DNA of 62,975 nt, counting the filler, from Stramenopiles sp. TOSAG23-6 (lineage: Eukaryota), in assembly GCA_900128565.1 (NCBI GenBank). It is 13 parts of 13 records of this genome, joined end to end, with 100 filler letters (N's around TTAATTAATTAA, not from the genome) between each part and the next. Parts side by side here need not be neighbours in the genome. Positions count along the whole stretch, not along the records: positions 9,745 to 14,513 come from LT637059.1; positions 14,614 to 19,377 come from LT637060.1; positions 19,478 to 24,232 come from LT637061.1; 10 more parts are not named here. The stretch is one strand, 5' to 3'. The position numbers and the translations under genes are program-made. The number at the start of each line of letters is the position of its first letter. Within the stretch, counting starts at the first letter, position 1. Under the pieces are notes generated by a model that saw only the letters and a list, made by a program, of their open reading frames with translations, did no database searches and was not told where the DNA came from. Shown piece by piece: positions 11,092 through 23,700 of the stretch.

Positions 11092-13951
11092 ATGCAGTCC
11101 AATGATGGCACCGAATGTCTCACTGTTGGAGCCGAAGCGTTTCGATTAATCGATAACCTGTCATTTCCGTGTATAATTAAAGATGTCAAAGTGGATACTT
11201 TCTCCGTACAATATACTGATGACGGTTTCATCGAAGACAGTGTCCCTCAAAGTGAGCTTACATCTCGTAGTGGTGTTATTGATTTAGTTAATTGTCAGCA
11301 GGATGTTGAAATAATTCGTCCGTTTAATGCACATAGAAAAGCAGATTTAGTTGTAGAAAAGACACCCGTATCTTTTGTTGATCAGAAAAGTGACTCAGTT
11401 GTAAAAGAAAAGTGTCAACTGGACAAATATATAGTTCACAAATGTAATACAATAGACAATAAGCCTGTATCAAACAAAGAACTATTAAAAACGGAAACAA
11501 AGAAGGAAACAACAACAATAAAAACGGACACAAACAATGTTTCAATTATAAAAAACTCCATCCACCCTAAATCTAATGTCTCCGACTCTGAAGCATCTTT
11601 AATTTTGAAAGCAGCTGGTGAGTCAAGAACTTGGAGCCAACTCAATGTCTTTGAGAAATGGGAAGCTATGAAAAAAGGGTTTAATCGTATTCTTGAAAAA
11701 CATGTACATTTTCATCATTTATTTCACCCTACCCTGATATATTGTGGAGTATAGAACGTTTTTTTTTTTTCACTTTTTTTTCGTAGGTAATTTTGTACCT
11801 AACAATTTTTTTTTGTTTTTGAAATATTTTTTTTTTTTTTTTTTGTAGATTCTTCAATTTTCTCCATATTTGTTCTTCAAATGTATTTTCTAGAATTCTA
11901 CTGAAATTATTGTACCTAAAGAAATATAAATCTAAGAACTCACATATTTTCACTAACCCTAACCCTAACCCTAATTTTCACAACACATGTTGAACAAATT
12001 TCCATCGCACTTCAACAGGACAATTCTCTGTTTAATGACAAATTCCAAAACACATTTGATACCATTGATGAGTTTGATGATGTATGTTTTATATTTTTTT
12101 TTTTACCGAAAAAAAAAAATCGATTTTTTTTTTTGGTTTTTCGTACGAAATTTTGTACCTAATAAAACATTTTTTTTTTTTTTGAAATATTTTTCAAGAA
12201 TAAATTTTGTCATTGATGAACCAGAAGAACTGAATTTAAAAATAAGACAATTATCAAGAATGTTGAAACAATCAAAGAATACTATTATTTTTACAGGTGC
12301 TGGCTTGAGCACATCCTCAGGAATTCCGGCATATCGAGGGAAAAATAGTATCAAAAATATAGAAAAAAGAAAAAAAACATCTTTGTTGACTAAACATCCT
12401 AACCCTAACCCTAACCCTACTACACTTTCCACATCAAAAAAATCAAAAAAATCAAAAAAATCAAAAACATCAAAAACATCAAAAACATCAAAAACATCAA
12501 AAACATCAAAAACATCAAAAAACGCTGAATCAGAAGAAAAGCATACGACACACTTGCCTTCTACATCTGATATGATTTCAATTGTGCCAAGCAAAGCACA
12601 CGAAATCATCACAAAACTTGTTGACTCAAAACAGTATGTTTTCATACTTTTAAACCCTAACCCTAGTAACCCTACCCTAAAAAAAAAAGAAAATTTTAAA
12701 TCTTCATTCAAAACCAAACATATTTTTTTTTTTTTTTTAATTTTTTTTACAATATTGTGTTCATTGCCATCATTTCACAAAATATTGATGCATTTCTTTC
12801 TTATCATTATATGAATTACATGGTATTTTTTTTTTTAATACGAAATGTTGTACCTAACAATTTTTTTTAGATTTTTTTTGAAATATTTTTTTACAATATT
12901 TTGTTCATTGCGTCATTTCACAAAATATTGATGGATTACACCTTAAAAGTGGTTTATCTAAAGAATCATTATATGAATTACATGGTAATATTTTTATGGA
13001 AGTGTGTAATTCTGTAGATGGTTGTACGTTTTCATAATTGAATTTCAAATTTATTTTTTTTTCGTACGAAATTTCGTACCTAACAAATTTTACAAAAAAA
13101 AAATATTTTTTTTCACATTGTATGTGGCATAGAGACAATTCAAGAAAATCCAATGACGTCATTTATTGAATTACAGGAAAGATTCAAACAAAAGAAAAAT
13201 GATACCATTGATGTTCATGTATGTTTTATTTTTTTTTATTGGGAATTTTGTACCTAAAATATTTTGGAATTTTTTTTGAAATATTTTTCCAAAATATTTT
13301 TTTTTTCATACGAAATTTTGTACCTAACAAATTTTAAAAAAAATTTCGAAATATTTTTCCAAAATACATTTAACAGGACGAAAATGTCAATATTGTAATG
13401 CCCCTACTCGAGATAATATTATCGGTTATGGTGAACCACTTAATGTACATTTTCATTTGAATTACATATATATATATATGTAGATATTTTTCTACCAAAA
13501 TTTGTACTTTAAAAAAAAATATTTTTTTTTCTACCAAAATTTGTACTTACAAAAAAAATATTTTCTTTACAAAAACGTTTCACGATATAGGCAGATGTCA
13601 TTAGTAAAGCTTCAAAAATCGCAAAGAATGCAGATTTGATCATTGCAGTAGGATCTAGTCTTGGAGTTATTCCAGCAGCGACTCTTTGTATGTTTGTCTT
13701 ATCCTAATCCTTCAATGATACAATTATTTCTATTTCATAAAAAAAAATTTTTTTTTGTTTTTCATAGTAAATTTTGTACCTAAAAAAAAAAAAAAAAAAA
13801 AAATATATTTTGTTATACTACATGTACAATGGGAAAATCATTAGTAATTATTAATATAGGTAAAACATCGCTAGATACTACGGCGCAACTTTTGATTAAA
13901 GGAAATATTAATGATGTTTTTGAACAACTATCAACTAGAATGTATATATAA
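11092..13951 (+). CDS. SIRT6/7-like sirtuin with an N-terminal Tudor-like domain; 8 exons
   Basis: Motifs [47 protein letters not shown] and LVIINIGKT. Introns at 11704-11988, 12082-12205, 12634-12901, 13024-13123, 13219-13369, 13445-13590 and 13688-13823. The join to ORF 11092 is less certain than the sirtuin core. Confidence 0.85.
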
Positions 13952-14090
13952 AATCGAGAGACAATATTTTTTATAAGTAAAATAAAAAAAAATAAAAAAA
14001 TAAAATAAAAGTTTTGTCAATTTTTTTTTTTTTAATGCTCGTTTTTTAGTTGTATTACGTACAAAATTTCGTATGAAAAAAAATATTTAC

Positions 14091-14399
14091 ATTGTCGAAA
14101 TCTCATTCTTCATTATGCTTACATACATTAACTCAACTTGTTTTTTATCAATATCTTTTGCGTCATTATGTGATAGCACATATTTTTGTAGGAAAGTATT
14201 TAAAAAAAAACATCAATTTCGTTAGGTACAACATTTCGTATGAAAAAAATATATATCAAATTATTTTTTCCTGGATTGAATTTTTTTTTGTTAGGTACAA
14301 AATTTTTGTATGAAAAAATGATGAAAATGTACTCTATGCACCCAATCTGACATTGGTGTTTTTTCACGAACATTAGGATTATATGTATAAGAATTAAGC
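14091..14399 (-). CDS. Fragment of an unidentified multi-exon gene
   Basis: Two short open exons (..PMSDWVHR|VLSHNDAK..) join on removing intron 14180-14332 and are flanked by further family introns. Confidence 0.4.
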
Positions 14400-14702
14400 A
14401 TGTATTTGTGTGAAGGAAAAAAAAATGAAAAAAAAAATGAATTTTTTTTTTCATTTTTGTATGAAATTTTCATAGTAAAAAAAAAAAAAAAAAATTTGAA
14501 AATTAAAAAAAATNNNNNNNNNNNNNNNNNNNNNNNNNNNNNNNNNNNNNNNNNNNNTTAATTAATTAANNNNNNNNNNNNNNNNNNNNNNNNNNNNNNN
14601 NNNNNNNNNNNNNTATTTTGGAAAAATATTTCAAAAAAAAATCGTTAGGTACAAAATTTCGTACGAAAAATAAATTAGAAATTGAAAAAAAATAAAACAT
14701 AC

Positions 14703-15548
14703 ATCACATCGATTACTTTCCAGTGAAGGTAAACCAGCAACCGAGAAGACACCATATGCATCATCAGCAGCATCAGTTAAGTTGCTTCTACTACCAAATG
14801 TAGACCTTTTTTTACTTGCATTATCTTCAGATAACTCAAAATCATACAATGTAGAGAGTGAGGAATCGCCTTGATTATATCGTTTTGAAATAGTAGTCTC
14901 ATGCCCTGTATTCACACCCCACCCACGAGAAAGATGCAAACGAGAATTATTATCAGAAAGTGACTGAAGACCTCGTTCACCTTTAACTAAAAAACCAAGT
15001 CCATAGGCATCATTTTTTGCAACCACTGTAATTTCTTCTGACAAATTCGTTGGAGCAAAATGATGCGTCTCTGCAAGGATACTTTCGCCTGCAAAACGCA
15101 TGTCACTACGTTGCCGTGCAGGACCCACACCTTGCCCTTCCTTCCAGCCCATTTGCTGTAATAATAAACGACCTACCGTTGGTGGAGTACAAGTAATTAA
15201 TTCAGAGATCTGATTTCCAGGTACGATAGACTGAGATATAGTATTATCTTTATTTGATTTGGATGTAGAGCTTTGGTCTTTAGAATTTGGATTTGAGTAA
15301 AGACCTCTTAGTAATAACTGCCTACCTAACATGGGGTCATCCTCATCATCCATGAAATCCTCAGGTCGTTGACGTCTTGTATCTTTTTTATCAGCCGACG
15401 AAGAAAATGTCCCGGGTTGCCATCCCTCTTTGGTACCACATGTATTATAATACCCTGCGGAGAAACCTCCTGTAAAAGCTCCATGAAATCGGCGGCGTCC
15501 TTCTTTATCCGTCACAACTCCTTCATCACGCTTTACTGGCTTCATCAT
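14703..15548 (-). CDS. GPATCH1: G-patch domain protein GPATCH1/TGH-like (DUF1604), partial
   Basis: RRFHGAFTGGFSAGYYNTCGTKEGW, RPEDFMDDED and G-patch GRLLLQQMGWKEGQGVG. An intron starts at 14702; a further upstream exon is possible. Confidence 0.88.
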
Positions 15549-15981
15549 GTATGTAGTACAATTTGTTAGGTTTCTCAAACTATGCTACGTAATACTAGTT
15601 GCTTTACACAATATGCTATATACTAAACATGAATTAATTTGATTGTAACCACCCAATGGTACTCATATAATTAGTCCAGCGAAAGGTACCGTGGTTGATC
15701 TGGATGAAAATGTTTATCGATATTTTCCCGAAGTTTCCTTTCTCTGACATTCGCGAGCTACAGGTCTTTTTCTTTTGAACACGAAATAAATAATAAAAAA
15801 TCATCCAAAATCTAATTCATGCAGAGCAGCTGATAAAATTCAGTGTTCCTGCGTAAGAATTTCCGAATGTCAGGCAGTTCCTGTGTAAATAAATGTCAGG
15901 CAGAAAGAAGAAACTTCTCAGCAACTGCATTTGTTGTTTCATTTCCTATACACTTGTTGCGTGAAAATAGAACGTTCAAGT

Positions 15982-16916
15982 ATGAACGGCGACTTAAAAG
16001 TACAACATTGTAAAGGTCCTCGGCGTCGAACCAGCACAATGGTCGTTGCTGAAGGTGGTGAGGTTAAAAAGAGTCAAAAAGAGTCAACGAAAGAATCTAC
16101 CTTCTGGTCTCAAATCACGGCACGAAAAAGTTTGGAAGTTATACTTACTGAGGAAAGTGAAGCAGATTTAGATCGATCTCTAACCCTTACTGATTTACTA
16201 GCTATTGGTATTGGTGGTACAGTAGGTTCTGGAATTTTTGTAACGACAGGCTTGATTGCGCATGCTTATGCCGGGCCTGGCGTTGTTTTGAGTTGGTTAA
16301 TCGGTGGTGTCTGTTGTTGTATCAGTGGTTTATCGTATGCAGAAATGAGTTCTCGTCTGCCTAGTGCGGGTTCGGCATATGCATATACTTACTATACTAT
16401 GGGTGAACTTCCGGCATTTATTGTTGGTGGACTATTGTATGTTTTCGTTATTAATTTCCAACTTATTTTTTTACAAAGAAAATTTTGTACCTAACGAATT
16501 TTTTTTAACTTGACATATTTTTTTACATTACTTGACGTTAGAATACGGAGTAAGTGCAGCAGCTGTTGCTCGAAGTTGGGGTGATAAAGTTGTATTTGTT
16601 ATTGAGGAACAGTTTAAGCTAAATGGGGTTGGTTTCCTAAATTATGAATATGGAGCTTTCATGGCAGGTTTAATTCAGTTTTTATCTGTTTTACTTCTTC
16701 TTCTTGGATTTTCTATAAGTACACGAGTGATAAAGGTGGCAACAGTGTTTAAAGTAATACTTGTAATTTTTATCATGATTGTTGGGTTTATTCATTTTGA
16801 TATTTCAAATGTAAGTCCAATTGTACCAAAGTCACATCAGTTCATACCCAGTACTAAAGATAAAGAAAATGGTTTACATTCCTTCCCATCATTTGGTTTC
16901 ACTGGTATAATGTAGG

Positions 16917-16947
<31 letters not shown>

Positions 16948-18003
16948 TTAAACTTTTATACCAAAGATTGTTTTCTTACAAATTGTACAAAAAAAATAAT
17001 TATTTTTGCACAATACATGGCAGGTGCAACTCAAGCTTTCTTCGGTTTTGTCGGATTTGATGAAGTGTGTTGTATGGCAGCACAAACACAAGACACCCGA
17101 AGAGTTATGCCAAAGGCTGTTCTTGGTACTATCGCTGGTGTCACTGTCCTCTCTGCTGGTGCAAGCTTAGCTCTTGTAGGTATGTCAGATTATAAAAACA
17201 TTTCAGCTGTTTCAGGTTTTACTTCCGCATTCCAGCAGCATGACTTAGACTGGGTAGCATACATTGTCTCTTTTGGAGAACTTTTGACATTGCCTTTTGT
17301 TGTGGTCATTGCTTTTTTAGCACAACCACAATTACTTTTTGCAATGTCGAAAGATGGGCTCTTACCTGAAATCTTTAGTGCGACAGATAAGAACAAGAAT
17401 TTGTTTTGGGGTACGGCCATTAGTGGAACTTTAATGACGGTTATTGCGGTATTTGTTCCCTTTACTCATCTTGAAGATGTTATTTGCACTGGCGTATTAA
17501 TAAGTTTCAACATGACTAATGTAGCTCTTATTCTAGTACGTCTTCGGGAACAAAAACAATCCCTCGACACACAGAAAATCAAAGTAAAATCGACCAATAC
17601 ATTTTCACCTGAAAATATTGGACCAGCTTTGCTCTGGTTTTATATAATGTTTACTATTATATCTGCATTTCTTATTACATACTCCGATTTCAATGAACAC
17701 TCAAATACTGTTCCGATATCTACAGTACTATTCTCAGTTGCAGTGGCCATTATGTGTCTTGCACTTTTATGCTATTTCAGTAAACATGAAAAAGAATCTT
17801 TCTCTGACCCAGATGATATTTTTAAAGTACCACTTGTTCCGTTCATTCCATGTGTTGGAATCGCTTTGAATACGTACCTCATTAGTACAACAAAGTGGGA
17901 AAGTTTACTTCTTACAGTTGGATTTTTGGTGCTGTGTATCCTCGGATATTTCGCATATGGTTACCAAAATGCAGAATCACGAAACAATTGGAATCGCAAA
18001 TAA
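15982..18003 (+). CDS. Cationic amino-acid transporter (APC/CAT family); 3 exons
   Basis: Motifs GIGGTVGSGIFV, AGSAYAY, FFGFVGFD and FKVPLVPFIP. Introns 16437-16533 (GT..TT) and 16912-17018 (GT..AT). Confidence 0.92.
16437..16533 (+). other. Family intron, GT..TT, 97 nt
   Basis: CTA TT|GTATG...CATTACTT|G ACG TTA GAA TAC gives GGLLTLEYG; TT is present at both junctions. Confidence 0.8.
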
Positions 18004-18225
18004 AAATTGGAATAAGTTGTTAGCAAAAAACAATTCTTTTAAAGAAACAATGAGTCCTTGTCATCATAAATATTAATGTAATATCTTATTTACTTTCATG
18101 TAGTGTTAGGAAGCATAAATCTTGAAACAATTTTATTATTTGTACATTTTGTTTTTTAAATAAAAAATCTTCACGATATGTGCATATCGACTTATATATA
18201 TTCCAAACAAAAAGAGGTAATTATT

Positions 18226-19299
18226 TTACTGTGAGAAAATAAAAGAAACGAGAGCAAAAATAGCACTTAAAATTGAGAGCTTTTGGCTCATATCAACACC
18301 AGAACGAAGCGTTGCATCAAGCGATACTACATGTGGAGTTTTAGGGCATACTGGATCACTTGCGACTCCAACCTTTGTACCAAAGTTACGCATGCCGTTA
18401 CTTGTCTTTGATAATACGACAGTTCCTTCATATGTTCCTCCCATGCCTTGTGTACAATGTCCACCTATGCTTTTATTAAACGGATAGTAAAAAAGAAAGT
18501 CAATGCACATTTCATCCTCAGAGCCTAGCCCAAATTTAATATCTTTATCGGTCTTATTATTGAACCAGCACTTTGTATTCAATTTATCACCTTTTTCGAT
18601 GTCGTACGTTTGTACTAAGGTTGGATCTTGAAACGCAAAAGAAAAGTATTCTACGGCATTTGGGCGTGTTTTTGTAGTGCCGTCAGACTTTGTAATTTCA
18701 GTATACATTTGATCTCCCGTTCCATGCATATGTAATATTGAGCCAAAAACAGTAATTTTATGTGGCCAATTCTTTGTTGTGTTTGCAGCACACGTCCATT
18801 CAAATGAGGAACGCCCTGGTTTAATCGCTGTGCCCGATTTACCAAGAATGCCATCGCCAAGCTGTAAAACACCTGCCTCGTGTTGCATCGTAGCTTTTGA
18901 CAACCACATTCGAAGACCATTATTATCTTTCAAACCCGAAGCACCAGTGATGTTATCATAATGAACTTGCAACCTGAAACTCTTATAATTTTTAAAAGGT
19001 ATTCCAACTCCTTTTGGCAATTCATCAAAAAATGTCATTCCGCCAACCCATATAACGGTCGTATACTTATTTTCATCACAATTGTCGTTTTCAAATCCGT
19101 ATAGTACAAAATGATGGACATTTGCCGCAGTATTTGGTGTTTTCTTTTTCCCTTCAAACGCTACTATATTATTATAGCCATTCGATTTCATTGTGGTCCA
19201 AGCCGTTTTTGTCTTATAACAATACTCCCAATAAGTAGTTCGAGTCGTGGGAATTGGCTGACCTCCAGTTTGTGGTGTTTGGTAGGTCTTAACGTCATC
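18226..19299 (-). CDS. Copper type II ascorbate-dependent (DBH/MOXD1-like) monooxygenase, last exon
   Basis: Motifs HHFVLY, LQVHYDN, HMH and EDEMC, plus a hydrophobic C-terminus. Preceded by a family intron 3' end (..AACTACAT at 19300). Confidence 0.88.
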   Translation of the reverse strand, partial: DDVKTYQTPQTGGQPIPTTRTTYWEYCYKTKTAWTTMKSNGYNNIVAFEGKKKTPNTAANVHHFVLYGFENDNCDENKYTTVIWVGGMTFFDELPKGVGIPFKNYKSFRLQVHYDNITGASGLKDNNGLRMWLSKATMQHEAGVLQLGDGILGKSGTAIKPGRSSFEWTCAANTTKNWPHKITVFGSILHMHGTGDQMYTEITKSDGTTKTRPNAVEYFSFAFQDPTLVQTYDIEKGDKLNTKCWFNNKTDKDIKFGLGSEDEMCIDFLFYYPFNKSIGGHCTQGMGGTYEGTVVLSKTSNGMRNFGTKVGVASDPVCPKTPHVVSLDATLRSGVDMSQKLSILSAIFALVSFIFSQ

Positions 19300-19493
19300 A
19301 TGTAGTTTGGAAAAACATTTCAAAAAAAAATCGTTAGGTACAAAATTTCGTACGAAAAATAAATTCGAAATTGAAAANNNNNNNNNNNNNNNNNNNNNNN
19401 NNNNNNNNNNNNNNNNNNNNNTTAATTAATTAANNNNNNNNNNNNNNNNNNNNNNNNNNNNNNNNNNNNNNNNNNNNGATGAAGAAAACGTAC

Positions 19494-20164
19494 TTTTTTC
19501 CTATCCAAAATGACGCCCAACTAAGAACCAATATATATACTGGATCACGGTTATAAATGGACATATAAGAAAAAAAACAGAACAACAAAAATATTAATCC
19601 TATTGCTATATCATCACCATAATTAGGAGAGTGAAAACCAGAAGCAACAAATGAAATCGTGAAATTCAAAAACGTGGCAACCGTCACCCAAGCTGTATAT
19701 ATACTAAATACTACATCAACAACGATTATCTCAGTATATGAAACTCGTGGTGAATGCCATAATCCTGCTTTTTGATAAATAGTAAACAATGCTGCCAGGA
19801 GGGACATCAAAAGTATTGAACTGAGCCATACAGCGAGAGGTTTCTCCAACGTAAAGACGATTATCCAGAAAGCGTTTAAGAAGCAAGAAAGACAAAAGAG
19901 ACCTCCAATTTTATCAAGAGCACCAATCCTTTTTCGATTTGCCGGTAATGCTTGAAATACAACAAAACAAGCCAATCCAGAATATATCACTCCCCAGATC
20001 GAAAAAGCTGAGCCAGCAGGAGTAAGAAAGTTCTCGTACAACTTTGAGACGGCACCTATGCTAGCTTGACCCTTGTATAATTTCCCCGCACCACCAAGAG
20101 CATTAATTACTATGCAAAATATAAATGAAAGAATATTGAGAACCCATAAAGGAAGAACGCCCAT
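19494..20164 (-). CDS. Multi-pass membrane protein, TspO-like (tryptophan-rich sensory) family, partial
   Basis: Motifs TPAGSAFSIWGVIY, LNAFW and FSIYTAWVTVAT, about 7 TM segments; an intron starts at 19493. Confidence 0.65.
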
Positions 20165-20429
20165 CACTGAAGATCAAAAAGAGCAATATCTCGAAGGATG
20201 TGTTCCCGAGTCTGACCGTGTTTTTGAAAAAAATCGAATTGAAAAAATCGAAAAAAAAAATTATAGCTAAAATAATAGCAAATTCAAAAATTGAGTCAGC
20301 AAAAATCTCAAATCATCGAAAACAAAGGTCCACTCCTAACTCTACAACTTCCCAGAGCTATTAATATAGGTAATATTGGAAACATTAAGAGGAAACACAC
20401 ACCACATTTAACACACTAGTACGTGTATA

Positions 20430-20699
20430 ATGATAAGAATAGCATCTCATTGCGCTTTCAGGCAAATATGTAAGCCGCGCCAAACTTCTATAGCATCCTT
20501 TTGTACGTCTACTTCCCCCACTTCCAATTCTAGTTCTGAGTCATCTTCCAGCAGTAATAGCCAAAATGGTTCAACGACTTCTCAGACTGATTCTCGTGGT
20601 CGCGATATTGCATTTAAGCCCAACGATAGTGGTTGGGGATATAATGACCAATATGCTAATAAGTTCGATAGTATTTTTGGCGGTAAGTCAAAAAAGTAG
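20430..20699 (+). CDS. Small protein with a mitochondrial-type presequence
   Basis: 89-aa ORF with an R/S-rich N-terminus and a compact C-terminal segment; function unknown. Confidence 0.5.
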   Translation: MIRIASHCAFRQICKPRQTSIASFCTSTSPTSNSSSESSSSSNSQNGSTTSQTDSRGRDIAFKPNDSGWGYNDQYANKFDSIFGGKSKK

Positions 20700-20781
20700 T
20701 GCCCTTTATCTGAACGTATCAAAAATGGACTTCATAACATAATGCTAACACAATAAACATCTTTTTATATTTGCGAGTCAC

Positions 20782-23700
20782 TTAAAATTTCATTATTTTT
20801 TCCTTCTTCATTCTACCATCTATCCCAAGAACCATACGTCGTTCTTGACTATCTGCTGATCCTGGTCTATTTCGAGAAGTTCTAAGTACAGGAAGTTCTG
20901 TTTCTTTTTCAAATTCTCCGGAGAGTAGTTTTTTTCTAAAGTCATCAACGATAGGAACATTAGCAGCCTCCAGTTCTCTTTGTAATCGCGCCAGTCGCAT
21001 TGCTTTCTCTCTTTGCATGGTCTTTTTCCAATATGCTTTTGTTTTCAAAGCTTTGCGGCGTGCATTATCACGCTGTTTTTTAAAGTTTGCTAGCGCTTTT
21101 TGCTTTGGTGTAAGTTCGTCAGTTGAAACTACGTCGGCACCAGAAACTAATCTCGGCTGCATTTTTATTAAGTCTATTTTAGCTTTTTGTAAAAGTTTTG
21201 ATACACTTTTACTTTTTGCTAATTCATATGCATATCTATTTCGATTATTTTTTGTATTTAACATACGGAATAATCCTAAAATACGGAATTTTTTAAGCTT
21301 CCATGTATTTTGGAAAAATATTTCAAAATTGTTTTTGTTAGGTACAAAATTTCGTACGAAAAACAAATTGAAACTTGAAAAAAAATAAAACATACATTCG
21401 CCCTTACTGCACTCATATATTGTAGGAGCCGTCAAAGCCGTACACGTAGACAAGTGATTACGACGCGCGGCCCAGTGAAGTGCCGTATCACCATTCCCAT
21501 CTTGAATATCCATATCAGCTCCGTGATATATTAAATAATTTACAATGTCAGTACTTCCTGCTCTAGCAGCAACATGAAGTGGTGTCATTGCAGTTAAAAT
21601 ATCAGTTTCTCTATTTGTATCTGCATTTTTCTTCTCAACTAAGTATTTAACAAGATTCAAGTGACCAGCCCAGCAAGCATTATGTAACAATAAATCACCT
21701 GTATCAGACTCAGGATCATTCACTGAAAATATCCGATGTTCTTGATGCTTCTGACGTTTCGTTTCATCTTCTATAAGCTCCCCCAGTCTTTTTGTGGAGA
21801 CTCCAACACGTGCACCAGTCCAAGGATTATGTACAGATGCATCTACTTGATTTTGATGTTCAATAGCTGAAATTTCTGCCATTTTTTTTTCTAATTCTTT
21901 ACGGGCAGCATTCTCAACATTGCGTTTTTCAATACCTTTTCTCCACCATACATGACATAACTGAATGAATTTTCTGTGATTGCTTTCAATACGATGTTGA
22001 GATAATTTAGCTTTTGCAAAATGCCTCTGATTGAGCTCTTCAGAACGCATTTTAATACAATTTCGTTCCTCCTCTTCTCGCTCTTTTGCATTTCTAATAA
22101 GCCTTTCAGAATGATTTGCAGCATTAATGGCTCCTTGGGTCAATTGTAAACATTCGTTAACTCTCGGATGAAAAGAAAAAAACGCCCGCTTTGCTGATTT
22201 GATACCTTTAGAAAAGTCCAAAGGTGTTTCATCATCTCTATCATAATCGTCAGAATTTACATTAGCACAATATAACATACTAGCCTCAGCTTTTTCCACT
22301 GACTTTTTAAAGCGATCTATTTGGCCAACTTGTTGTAAAGGTTTCGAAACCTTGTACCGAAATATATCTCGCGACATCAAGGCAGTCAAATCTGCCCATC
22401 CTTGATATAACCTACGTACATCTGCTTCTAATGCAATGATAGGTAACTGACTGGCATCTAACATTGCTTCTTCCACTAAATTGCGATAATTTTCAGTAAC
22501 ATCTGACACACGTTTTTCGAATAAGTTCAATTTGTTTTTCATTTCTTCTTTTCCACCACAATAAGCTTCGTCGGATTCAACTTCTGCTTTCAAAGATACA
22601 ACTTTAGCAAGTTTTTTCTGTGCTTTTTTCATTAGTTTCTTTGTAGCGCGGATCGCCTTCCAGACTTTGACAAACTTTTCTAATCCTGTGATACCTTCAA
22701 ACTTGTCTAACGTAAATTGAACACGCTCAACACTATGAGATAACCCTTCAGTCTCTTGATTCAAAGTTTTAGAAAGTTTCTTAAGCTCTGCTTTCATTTG
22801 ATCCTTTGCTTTTTTTCTTGAAGCTGCTTCTTCTCTCGCTTGTTTTTGACGCCATGCACACTGAGTCTTCAATGCAGCATCTTTTTGACGCTGAATGACG
22901 TCACCAACATCCTCTAGAAAATACTCGAATGCAACTTTATCTTTATGTTCAGGATGTTTGTATCTACGAGCAACTAGCGTAACGTCTTTTTTATCCAATC
23001 GAAATGAATATTTCTTTTTGACAAGAAAATAAAAACTTTGTTGGTTCAAATAATCATTATTTTCATCATCAAGTTGACGAAATGCACGAGCGAATGCATC
23101 ATAAATTCCTCTATTTTTTACTTGATCAACAATTGACCACATTATTCGGTCCAACTTTTCTTCCTCTGCCATTGAAAATGCTTGGCCAGAAGGATTTGAA
23201 AAACCAAGTGTGTCTCTCTTCTTCTTTGCTTTGGCAGCTTTTTCTGCTTCTTCTTTTTGTATTGCTTGTTGTTTCTTGATGTCAGTTTTATGCTGGTTTT
23301 CATATATTTTTCGAATATCTTGAACAAATAAATGGTAGTCAACGGCATTATGCTTTTGAGAATGGTGGTAACGACGGACAACTAACTTCATATTAGGTTC
23401 TATTATTCGTAATCGAAACTTGACTTGAAATATTGACATGAAAGATTTTGCATCTAAATAATGCCTATAGTTGATATCTGCATCTCCAAATGCCTGAAGA
23501 AATTCTTCTGTTGTACCATGGTGTTTCAATTGGGCAACTATATGCCACAGTGTTGCGTCTAAATCTTCTTCTTCTTCAAGCGTAAATTTATCACCAGAAC
23601 TATTTGAAAAACCAAAATGTTGTGACTTTTTCCGCCGCGCAGCAGCTGCTTCGTCTGCTTGTTGTTTTTGTATTCTTAGTTGTTTCAATTTCGCTGATTT

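Noticed and set aside
12103-12717. ORFs with recurring peptides [23 protein letters not shown] and KYFSKIH as a protein family
   Set aside because: They are translations of the intron core or antisense shadows of real genes.
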